From NCBI RefSeq assembly GCF_006345805.1, contig NC_043004.1, positions 101,618,001 through 101,682,000 on the forward strand: a stretch of 64,000 bases of DNA, read 5' to 3'. Numbering within the stretch: the stretch's first letter is position 1; every line of letters begins with the position of its first letter. This document shows positions 1 to 12,444 of the stretch, piece by piece. Below the pieces are notes generated by a model, which saw nothing but the letters and a program-made list of their open reading frames with translations, did no database searches and was not told the DNA's origin. The translations under genes and the position numbers were made by a program. The DNA comes from Octopus sinensis. Taxonomy: Eukaryota.

Positions 1-240
1 TTTGTAGGCATGTCCACGTGTGTTGGACACATGGAGATCAAAAAGGTGTTCAGTGTTGTTGTTGGTGAGGTGGTTGATAACTTTGTGGGTGTTTACCAAG
101 TCCATCGCCAGACGCCGGAGCTTCAGTGAATCCATGCCCAGGGAGACAAGGCGCTCAGAGTATGGTAGGTGTCTGATGGAGGGTATGCGTTTGGTTGCAC
201 GTCTCTGAACAGATTCCAGGAGGTCAATTAATGGGGTCAT
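1..240 (-). mobile_element. CR1-clade LINE ORF2 C-terminal fragment (runs off window edge)
   Basis: Minus strand is open: IDLLESVQRRATKRIPSIRHLPYSERLVSLGMDSLKLRRLAMDL...TRGHAYK, typical CR1 ORF2 C-terminal motifs. Confidence 0.85.
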
Positions 241-350
241 CTGCATTTGTAATTGTGTATTTAATTGTATTACTTAAGAGGGTTCTTATCCTTTGCCTTC
301 ATATTCTCAAGCATGTACTTATATATATGAATGCATTTATTTCTTTTTAG

Positions 351-437
351 CTAAAGGACCGAAATCTAAAACAAGGCCGAGACCACTTGATGTGGATATT
401 ACTCCAGTTTATCTCAGGAAGTGTCCAGAAGAATCCA
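351..437 (+). CDS. MED23: MED23 exon w1
   Basis: tttttag|CTA...CCA|gtatgt; [29 protein letters not shown]. Confidence 0.95.
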
Positions 438-1336
438 GTATGTAAAATTTGGTCCTCTTTATTTCTCTTACTTTCTACCATGATTATCGTCACCAACAAC
501 ACTATTATTACTACCACAAGCACCATTATCATCACCCCTCCCCCATACTCCTCATCATCAATATCTGTTTCTTTACTACCCACAAGGGGCTAAACACAGA
601 GAGGACAAACAAGGACAGACAAACGGATTAAGTCGATTATATCAACCCCAGTTCGTAACTGGTACTTAATTTATCGACCCCGAAAGGATGAAAGGCAAAG
701 TCGACCTCGGCGGAATTTGAACTCAGAACGCAGCGGCGGACGAAATACCGCAAAGCATCTCGCCCGGCGTGCTAACAATTCTGCCAGCTCACCGCCTTAT
801 CATCAATATCATTTTATGTCTGTCTTCTATGCTGCTATGAATTGGATAGGCTTCTTTAGTCTTTGCAGTCTTTCATCATTTGGGCACACCGCCACAAAAA
901 ACTAAATAAATTTTGCTGCTCTGAAAGTCATGTGCTTTTTTTTATCAGTAATGGATAATCTTCTTCACAAACCACCACAGTGTGGACTTGGCATATTTTA
1001 TCAAGCCTCCTGCACTAGACAGGTCGTATACTGCAAAACTAAAAAGTTCCCCATATTCTTTGTTGGTTATTATTTGAAGTTACTACCTGCCTGGATAGGG
1101 TCCCTGTTATGCAAATTGTAGGAGTCCATTTCTGTTTTGCATTTTGTGTATAAATCTATATAGGCACAATTGTGGCTGGCTGTATGGTTAAGAAGCTTGT
1201 TTACTAACTATACGGTCTCCGGTTCAATCCTACTGTGGCACCTGGGGCAAGTATCTTCTACTATAGCTCTAGGAATACAAAAGGCTTGTGAGTGGGTTTC
1301 ATAGACAGAAACTGAAAGAAGCCTGTCATTCATATA

Positions 1337-1377
<41 letters not shown>

Positions 1378-4071
1378 GAAATCATATGATCTGCAGCTGA
1401 ATTTGTTTTTAAAAGGCTTGCTTTGAGAGTTGCATTCCTTCACGTTCGATACAAAATCTGTTTATTATGGTAGTTTTGACTTTAAGAGTCCTTCCTAGCA
1501 TGAGGCATTTATGTATAGTAATGCCCTTAATATAAATAAATATATTTAAAGGGAATGATTAATAAATTTTTCCCTCAAGAGGTTTTTCACATTAACTACT
1601 TGATAATTTCTTATAAAGATTTTATCCTATTTTTAAAATTATACACACACACACACATATATACATATATGCACACACACACAGATACAGGGTGTTTACG
1701 CTAAATTTAACAGCTTGTGTAAAAGGAAAAGGAAAGACAACATCCCATCCCAAAATAAAAGTATTTTAAAAAATCAAAAAGTTTCAATTAAACTATGGCT
1801 GGGAGATGACAATTTACTCAAAGTAGCCATCTCCGGCTTCCAGCATGGCCTCAAGATGGTTCTGGAACCTGGTGAATGCATTGTTCACTGTGTTCCTGGG
1901 AAAATTTTCAAACACCTCCTTGACCTTGGCCACCAACTCAGCCTTGGTGTTGCAGGCAGAGCGATGTCTTTCATAACCATGCTCCATGCATACTAATCCA
2001 TGGGATTACAGTTGGGGAAAAAAAGGAAACAAAAGATCATCAAATTTATCCCAAACACCATGTGTGTGTGTGTATGCTGCATGCACATGTGTATGTGTGT
2101 CTGTTTCCTTTACAAACAGGTGTGTGTTGACAACAGGAAAGGCATCTTGCCATAGACAATCTGCCTGGACAAAATTCTTCTGACCCCATATGAGCAGGGA
2201 AAGTGGATACAAAAGCAACAATGATATATATCTTCATCATTATCATTTAACGTCTGCTTTCCATGTTGGCATGGGTTGGATGGTTCGACAGGATCTGGCC
2301 AACTGGAGAGCTGTCCAGACACCACTTGTCTGTTTTGGCATGATTTCTATGGCTGGATGCCCTTCTTAATGCCAACCACTTTATAGAGTGTGCTTGACAT
2401 CTTAATGGATTCAACAGGTCAAAAGACCATGTCTAGCTCCCGTGTCTCATTGGAGGGGTACTGGGTAAGACCTATTTCTGTATGGTGTTCATTTGTAAAA
2501 TGCCAATTGAATACAAAGTCTGTGTGATACTTTTGTTTCTTTTTCTGTCTTTTCTAGCTTGCTGACTTTCTACCAGTGTTGAAACTCTATGACTTGCTTT
2601 ACTCTGATACAGAGGTGTTACCGGTCCCTGATGTCACTAAACCTCAGTCTACACATGCTTTAGCTAGTACTTCCATATGGATTCACCTGAATAAAAAAGC
2701 TCATACAGACAAAGCAAGGCTCCAAAGACCAATTCCACATGCTCTTAAAGATCATTTGGAGTAAGCATTACTTTTTATTTATTTTTGATATATTTTTCAA
2801 TCATTCTTTATCATCTCCTTTTGATATTATTGTGCTGCCTCTCTGGTCACAGTTCAAATCCACTGCAGTTGTCACATTGTATTTATAGACAAAACACGTT
2901 ATCTCACAAAGTGTCAGTTCACTTACCGTAAATCTTCGAGGATAATCCGCATTTTTTTCCCAAAATTTAAAAGTCAAAATCCCTAGTGCGTAACTATATA
3001 CGAGGTTAAGAATGAAAATTTTTTTCTAAGCAACGTCCGAGTCTCTATTTGCTGTCCGGCAATGTTTATTCAGACGCATTTTGTGATGTCGGGCACGAAA
3101 ATACCTTAAGCTAAGCCTGAAAGCAATGAAGTCATAAAAGAATCATCCATAACTTGCAAGAAGCAACATTTATTAAACGTTATTACTATTATTTCTTTAT
3201 TTTCTGCTAACAAAATGCACAAAAAAGCTACACATTTGCATTATGTTATATATACAATAACAATAAAGGATGTTACCGTATACAGTTTTACAAACCAAGG
3301 GTGTTATATAGACCTCCTTGACTCAAGTTAGAGAAGGGGTGTGTATTATACACAAGGTTTTGGTTTTTCAGAGGTACAGCACCCTAAAAATCCCCAGCGT
3401 ATTATACTCAAGGGTGGACTATACTCGAGGATTTACGGCAGATGTCAGGAAAGTATTTTGTATATTTTGGAAAATGCCTTCTGTGAATTGACTGATGTTA
3501 TTTTCCCTGTCTTGTGGAAAATTCATCTACCATTTGCTTCATGCCATGAACTGCAGTTGATTCTTCATCTCTCATGTGCTCCTCAGGGCTTTGAAAACCT
3601 CTTGGCTTGAAGAGTATCCTCTCTGTCTGCGGATGCTCTTGAAGCTGAGAATTCAAACTTACAGAGACAATATTTACATGTCGCCTGAGGAAACACAACT
3701 AGATCTCATAATGCATGGAAATGGTCGCATAATCAAGTACCTGCATGCCTGGAGCACTACATTACGTAGAAACAATTGTAGTGATTGAAAATAAATGTCC
3801 AACCATACTCCATCATCATCATCGTTTAACGTCCGTTTTCCGCGCTAGCATGGGTTGGACGGTTCGACCGGGGTCTGGGAAGCCAGGGGCTGCTCCAGGC
3901 TCCAGTCTGATCTGGCAGAGTTTCTACGGCTGGATGCCCTTCCTAACGCCAACCACTCCGCGAGTGTAGTGGATGCTTTTTACGTGCCACCTGCACAGGT
4001 GCCAGGTGGGGTCCGGCATTGGCCACTATCGGTTGGAGCTTTTAACATGCCAGCGGCACGGAAGCCAGCCA

Positions 4072-4115
<44 letters not shown>

Positions 4116-7100
4116 TACATACATACATACACACTTATATAGTGACCCTGGTATTTGTAGTATTCTTCATGTATCATAGCCTTGGCATGTATTGGTACAT
4201 AAACAAATATTAAGATAATGATTTTCTTCTAAAATATGAGATGTAAATGTCTCATGAAATGTTATATCGTCATTGAATGAGAGAGAAATTAACAGCTTAT
4301 CTGGTCAATATTATTTTAGTAAAGCAGCAAGCTGGCAGAAATGTTAGCACCACGAGTTTAAATTCTGCTGAGGTCAGCATCACCTTTCATCCTTTTGCAG
4401 TCGCTAAAATAAGTACCAGTTGAGCACTGGGGGTTGACGTAATCGACGCACCTCCTCCTCCTCCTCCGAAATTGCTGGCCTTGTGCCAAAATCTGACATC
4501 AATATTATTTCAGTTATTTCTACTTACTTTTACTTTCTCTCTTACAGATTCCTGAAGCATGCATTCAGCCAGAAGAATTTGTTACTTGGAGATTATAAAA
4601 TAGCTTTGTTATGCAATGCTTGTAAGTCTGAGTACAAAACTTGTAATTTTTTTTTTTTTTTATAAATCTTTTACCTTTTACTTGTTTCAGTCATTGGAAT
4701 ACGGCTATGCTGGAGCATTGCCTTGCAGGTTTTAGTTGAATGAATGAATCCCAGTTCTTCTTATTTTAAATAATAAGTTCTTATTAATAATTTAAATAAT
4801 AAATTCTTCTTATTATTTATTTATTGTGTTGGTCTCATTTGCCAAACTGCTAAGTTACTGGGGTGTAAATGAATCAACATCAGTTGCCAAGTGGTTGTGG
4901 TGGAGGACAAGCACCAACAAATAAACACAAGCATGTGCGATGCCGGACCCCCCCTGGCACCTGTGCAGGTGGCACGTAAAAAGCACCCACTACACTCGCG
5001 GAGTGGTTGGCGTTAGGAAGGGCATCCAGCCGTAGAAAGTCTCCCAGATCAAACTGGAGCCTGGAGCAGCCCCTGGCTTCCCAGACCCCGGTCGAACCGT
5101 CCAACTCGTGCTAGCGTGGAAAACGAACGTTAAACGATGATGATGATGATGTGTGTGTGTGTACGCGCATGCACACACACACATGTACATGCATACGATG
5201 GGCTTCAACACAGTTTCTCTCTACCAAATTCGCTTTCAGCTTATAACGTATTGGTCAGTCCAGAGCTATAGTAGAAGACATTTGTCTAAGGTGTCATGCA
5301 GTGGAACTGAACTCAAAACCACTTGGTTGCAAAGCAAGCTTGTTAACCTCACAGCTATTGCTCTGCACCTATAAGGACTTCTTTTGAAGTGGAATATATC
5401 TGTTCCCTTTTTTTGTTTTTTAATGGAAGGGAAAACTTCAACTGATTGTATTTTGGAAACTATCACTTCCTCCTGCAGCTTTCAAAAGTGTGCCCATATA
5501 TATATGTTGTAACCAATCCTATGACTGGCACCCGGCAGATGCCGGGACCCCTGGACTGGTGGTATGTAAAAAGCACTATCCGAATCGTGGCCGATGCCAG
5601 TGCTGCCTCGACTGGCTTCCGTGCCGGTGGCACGTAAAATGCACCAATCTGACCGTGGCCGTTGCCAGCCTCGCCTGGCACTGTGCAGGTGGCATGTAAA
5701 AAGCACCCACTACACTCACGGAGTGGTTGGCGTTAGGAAGGGCATCCAGCTGTAGAAACATTGCCAGATAAGACTGGAGCCTGGTGCAGCCTTCTGGCTT
5801 CCCAGATCCCCGGTCGAACCGTCCAACCCATGCTAGCATGGAGAACGGACGTTAAACAATGATGATGATGATGATGTATCTGTATGTGTATATGTCTAAG
5901 TGTCTATATCTACATGTGAATATACTTATGCGTCTGTCAGAAGCTCAGGCATGGCTGTGTGTTTAAGAAGTCTTCTCTCAACCAAATACATCAAGCTCAG
6001 CTCCACTTTGTGGCACTTTAGGTAAATGTCTTCTATCACAGCTCTGGCCTACTAAAACCTTATGAGAGGAGTTGGTAGATGGAAACTGAAAGAAGCTTGT
6101 TAGTCACACGCGCACACACACACACATGTCTATGTGTTTGTGTGTGCATGCGTGTGTCTCCTTGTTTTGATATCACACGATAGTTGTAAATGAGCATCAC
6201 TGTCATACAAGCAGTGTCATTCATTTCCAGTCTTCTGTGAAAACATTTCTAGCTGTGGGGAAATATTACCTTACTTGGAAACGAGGCTTGGTGACAGGAA
6301 GAGCATCAGACCATAGAAAAATAAACCTCTGTTAACTCCTTTCATCCCATACAAATTTGGAAAGGTGGGTGTTAAAATCAGTTTGTCTTGATTTTCCTGT
6401 CTGGCTGCTAACAGAAGCAAGAAAGCAAATAATAAGAAAATAGTAAGGGGTAGTTAAAAAAAAAGAGTGAGCAAAATAATTCCGACGAGTCTTCTGAGAA
6501 GGGTTGTTATTAATTTCTAACATTGTTACATCATCATCATCATGCAACTGGGGTCTGTGAAGCCAGAAGGCTGCACCAGGCCCAGTCTGATCTGGCAATG
6601 TTTCTACGGCTGGATGCCCTTCTAACGCCAACCACTCCGTGAGTGTAGTGGGTGCTTTTTACGTGCCACTGGCACAGGTGCCAGACGAGGTTATAAATTT
6701 GAACGAGGCTGTATGTAATTGATTACACTGGTCTTTTTATTTGAGTTGTGCTGATTTTATTTACACCTAAGAGATTGAAAGTTAAAGGATCACATTTAAC
6801 CCTTTAGTGTTCAGATTATTCAATCAAACATAATGCCTATTGATTCCCATTTATTTGAATTAATCATGCTTTATCTCATAGTTTCAAGATCTTGATGGTG
6901 TAATTAATGTAGAATAACATTGTAGGGTAGGTGTGAGAACCTGGATCTGGTCAGTTTGAACATAAAACATTAACTATTTTGGCCGGATATGGCCAGTTTA
7001 AATACTAAAGGGTTAAACAGCACCAGAAAATGTTTTTCAAGTGCCCCACCACTTCTGTCAACCTGTTGTCAATCTACTAATACTGCACCTGCTTCATAAA

Positions 7101-9112
7101 ACCATTCCCAACTCCCTTGAGTTTTAAAGTCTTGTGAGCTGCATTACAACCTCACTAGTACCAGTGACATGAAAAAAAACAAAACAAAGCATCCAGCACA
7201 TGCTGTAAAGTGGCTGATGTTAAGAAGGTTATCCAACTGTAGAAACATAGATAAAGGCGGCGAGCTGGCAGAAACGTTAGCACGCCGGGCGAAATGCTTA
7301 GCGGTATTTTGTCTGTCGTTAAGTTCTGGGTTCAAATTCCGCCGAGGTCGACTTTGCCTTTCATCCTTTCGGGGTCGATAAATTAAGTACCAGTTATGCA
7401 CTGGGGTCGATGTAATCGATTTAATCCCTTTGTCTGTCCTTGTTTGTCCCCTCTATGTTTAGCCCTTTGTGGGCAATAAAGAAATAAGAAACATAGATAT
7501 TAAGCAATGTTTTTTAATCTTCAATCTTGTTTATCTTCTTTATATTTTGAAAGTTATCTTTCTATTTTCATATATTTGTTTTCTTATTTTCTTCACAGAT
7601 AGCACCAATTCTGAATATTTTAGTCTTCCTATGGCCATTTTGGTTGAAAATATCCATGGCAATAACAAAAACACAACCCTCTTACCAGGAAACATCGTTG
7701 CTGGGGCACCAACCCAACCGTTACCAATGAGCTTATTGGATTCTCTCACAGTTCATGCCAAAATGAGGTGAGGTGATAGATTTTGTGCTGGTCATGCCAG
7801 AGTTATTTAACCTTACTATATATAGTATTGACTCCCTAATTTTGCAGAATTCATTCTTCTGTTTTCTTGATTTTAATTATACATTCCAAATGCTAGCTTG
7901 GTTCAGATATAAATCCTTAAATCCTTAAAAATGTTTTAGCCCGAAGGCCGCGGCCATGCTGGGGCACCACCGCTGAATGAGCTACACTAATATGTGAATC
8001 CACCTCTGATCAACAAGGGAGTTTGATGCTGCTGCCCGCATCTGTGTCTCTTGTCGTGAGGTAGGTTCATCTGGGACCCCTGACAAGAAGAGATCCAGTT
8101 TAGTTTTAAAGAAACCCACATCTACACTATGTAAGTCTCTCAGGCATTTAAGGAGGTTGTTAAAGAGCTGTGGTCCTCTGAAACCCAAGCTGTTGCAGTA
8201 TCTGGTCCTGTATTTTCATGGTGATGTTGGAATCTTGATTAAATTAACAACATATATCCATATGTATCTTATATATATAAAAATGAATGTAGCTATATCA
8301 CTATTCCTCTTTACTGAACCCCATTATTTTCTTCTGCCACTCTGAATTATAGTAAGCTTTAGGTATTTTTCCCTAAATTCATTCTGCTACAGTAATAGCA
8401 AAAAGAAGCAATATATCTTAAACTCTAGTACTGATGAAAAATTTATTGGGGTTAGGGTTATAAAATTATAAAGGAGTATCCTGTATGCTGGAAATCTATA
8501 TGGTCATACACTCTGAGGAGAGCGGTTTATTTCAAACTGATGTAATGTTTTCATTGATTGATTAAATGGAGCTGCCTGAAACAGCACTAATGTACTGATA
8601 CCTGGACATCGTTGTTACTTATTTGCTGAATCGTCAGGCGACATTCTGTGCTTGAGGAAACCTATTGAGTCAAGTAAATCAAATCAAATCACAATCAAAT
8701 GGAAATTGTAGTTGTGGTAGCTACCAGTGCTGGTGGCATGTGATAAACACCATTCATTCATGTGTGGGTCGCTGCCAGAGCCGCCAGATTGGCTCCCCGT
8801 GCCAGTGACATGTAAAAAGCACCCGTCCAAACATGGTTGATGCCAGCCTTCCTGCCCCAACTGGCTCCTGTGCCGGGGGCATGTAAAGAGTACCATCTGA
8901 ATGTGGCCGATGCCAGTGCCGCCTGACTGACTATCGTGCTGGTGGAATGTAAAAAGCACTCACTACACTCACTCTCAGAGTGGTAGGCACTAGGAAGGGC
9001 ATCCAGCTGTAGAAGCATTGCCAGATCAGATTGGAGCCTGGTGTGGCTTCCTGGCTTGCCAGTCTCCAGTCAAACCCTTACCAGCATGGAAAACAGACAT
9101 TAAACGATGATG

Positions 9113-9151
<39 letters not shown>

Positions 9152-12100
9152 CACATAAAAGCACCCACTACACTCACGGAGTGGTGGCGTTAGGAAGGGC
9201 ATCCAGCTGTAGAAACACTGCCAGATCAGACTGAGCCTGGTGCAGCCTTCTGGCTTCCCAGACCCCCCCCCAGTCAAACCGTCCAACCCATGCCAGCATA
9301 GAAAGCGGATGTTAAACGATGATGATGATGATGATGATATATATATATATGTATGAGGGCACATGGCTCAGTGGTTAGAGTGTTGGACTCACAGTCATGA
9401 GGTAGTGAGTTTGATTCCTGGATTGGCCAGTGTGTTGTGATCACGAGCAGGACATTTTATTTCACATTGTTCCAGTTCACTCATCTGTAAAAATGAGTTG
9501 TGACGTCACTGGTGCCAAGCTGCATTGCCCTTTGCCTTTCCCATGGATAACATCGGTGGCATGGAGAGGGGAGGCTGGTATGCATGGACGACTACTGATC
9601 TTCCATAAACAACCTTGCTTGGACTTGTGCTTTGGAGGGAAACTTTCTTGGTGCAATCATGTATGTTTAATACACACGCTAAGGCAATGAATTGACTAAG
9701 TTGTCAGAATGTTGAACAACTTGCCTTGTGGTATTTGTCCTCATCCCTTTTGAGTTGAGTTCCAGTCCTGTTTCACTAATCTGTTTGCAGGCTTACTATA
9801 CTACTGCTCTCCACCTTTCTGTACTCATCACTTCCTCTTTCCTAAGTCGCTCTCATCTTCTCCCCAACTATGCTGATATTTACTGTCAACCGCATCTCCA
9901 CCCTCGTTCATCATTCTGTACATTCACCTCCACCCTTCCCACCTACACACTTCCCTCACACTCTTATGAACTTAGCCTCTCTTTCTTCCTAATCCGGTGT
10001 CTGTATTCCCTCTTATACTCACCTTCCTTCACTTGAGAGCTACCACACTTCATCATCATCATCTGTGTCTTCCTTCTAGTTGCTTCCATCCACCCTTATA
10101 CAGTGCAGGGTAGCCATGTATTGGTAGTCCAAAACCTTATCCACTTTGCAATCCCACCTCTACATGGTTTGAATGTCAGTTTAAATGATTATGCCTGCTC
10201 TTGCATAAATGATAAGGCCAGACTGTTTTAAGGTATTTTGTTATGTCCCTTCTGCTTTGAGTTCAAATCTAGCCATGTTTGTCTCCCATCCTTGGATGGT
10301 GTAGGGATTGGGCATAAATAACCATCTTCGTTTTCCTCGTTATTCATTAGCGCCGCCTTGGCTGGCTTCCGTGCCGGTGGCACGTTAAAAGCTCCAACCG
10401 ATCGTGGCCGATGCCGGACCCCACTGGCACCTGTGCAGGTGGCACATAAAAAGCACCCACTACACTCGCGGAGTGGTTGGCGTTAGGAAGGGCATCCAGC
10501 TGTAGAAACTCTGCCAGATCAGACTGGAGCCTGGTGCAGCCCCTGGCTTCCCAGACCCCGGTCGAACCGTCCAGCCCGTGCTAGCACGGAAAACAGATGT
10601 TAAACGATGATGATGTATGTATGTATATTACCATGCTAGCACAGAAGAGTAATTGTTCAAATCATTATATTGACACTGTCATTTTATTCTTACCATCTTT
10701 GTTTCAATTTTGCAGCTTGATCCACAGCATTGTGACAAAAGTTATTCAAATGGCAAAGAAGAAAACCAATATTGCCTTAGCGCCAGCATTAGTTGAGACA
10801 TACAGCCGTCTACTTGTTTACATGGAGATTGAATCACTTGGAATTAAAGCTTTCATAAGTGAGTGCATTTCACTTCAATCATAAACCCTTAACTCATTTG
10901 ATCACCTCTGCAAACATCATATTCATGTATTTCCCTTTTTTTACTTTTGTCTTTTAGTCAGGAGGGAGGGGCAATGCCCATGGCTCTTTACAGTGCCTAC
11001 ATGTCTTGTGGTAATGAACCATACACTTGGTCAAACTGGTGGGGCTCATTCTTTCTTACACCTCATAGGTGATGTTGAATCATGCACTATCAACTAACAT
11101 CATCACCATCTGGCTCTTGAGTGCCTTTAAGTGAACCCACTTTATTTCAAGTATTCAGACCAGGTCTTTAGTCTGAAGATAACTGGAGTTGCTATATTTT
11201 CTGAGTTCAAATCCATCCGGAGTTAGCCTTGCCTCTCATTTTCCCTGAGCCAAAATGTTAATTTAATTTGCATATTCCTTTTCTAATAGCATTTTGCTTT
11301 GTGCTAGTGTCAGAAATCCTACCTAAATGATCTTTATCTTTCATCCATTTGTGGTTGATGTGATAAAGCACCAGCACAAATGTCAGTTTAAATGATTATG
11401 CCTGCTCTTGCATAAATGATACGGCCAGACTGTTTTAAGGTATTTTGTTATGTCCCTTCTGTTTTGAGTTCAAATCTAGCCATGTTTGTCTCCCATCCTT
11501 GGATGGTGTACGGATTGGGCATAAATAACCATCTTCCTTTTCCTCGTCATTCATTGTCAGTATATATGTTTATGTGTATGTATGTATATTACCATGCTAG
11601 CGCAGAAGGGTAATTGTTAAAATGAGGATACTGATATATATATATATGTATGTATGTATGTGTGTGTGTGTGTGTGTATGTGCGTGCGTGCTTATGCTGG
11701 TGCAACACAAATGCACCTGTGGCACGTAAAAAGCACCCAACACATTTTGTAAAGTAGTTGGCGTTAGGAAGGGCATCCAATAGTAGAAACCATGCCAACA
11801 CAGACAATTGGAGTCTGTACAGCTCTGCAACTGCCAGTGACAGTCAAACTGTCCAACCCATGCCAGAATGGAAAATGGATATTAACTGATGATATCATCA
11901 TCATCGTTTAACGTCCGCTTTCCATGCTAGCATGGGTTGGACAGTTCGACCGGGGATCTGGGAAGCCAGGAGGCTGCACCAGGCTCAGTCTGATCTGGCA
12001 GTGTTTCTACAGCTGGATGCCCTTCCTAATGCCAACCACTCCGTGAGTGTAGTGGGTGCTTTATATGTGCCATATATATATATATATATATTTTGCAACA

Positions 12101-12411
12101 AGTTGCTTAAACCACATACCGAAAATATTAGAAATAGCAGTCAAAGGGCTACTATTTCTATTACTACAAAAATAAGTCTCCACAAACAACAGTATTTGTA
12201 ACTCATATATAGCAAAAAAAGAAGTAATAGAAATAGTAGCCCTTTGATTGCTATTTCTAATATTTTCGGTATGTGGTTTAAGCAACTTGTGCAAAAATCC
12301 CTTATTATGATTATGTGAATTTTTACCGAATATGGTCCTTTTCCATACCGAAATACTACTAGGTGAAATTTATTGATTTTATTAAATTAATTATATTTCA
12401 CCCTTTATCTG

Positions 12412-12444
<33 letters not shown>

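Noticed and set aside
3855-4142. Recurrent [12 protein letters not shown]... ORFs at many loci
   Set aside because: They are incidental frames in copies of SINE family A, with variable stops and frameshifts.
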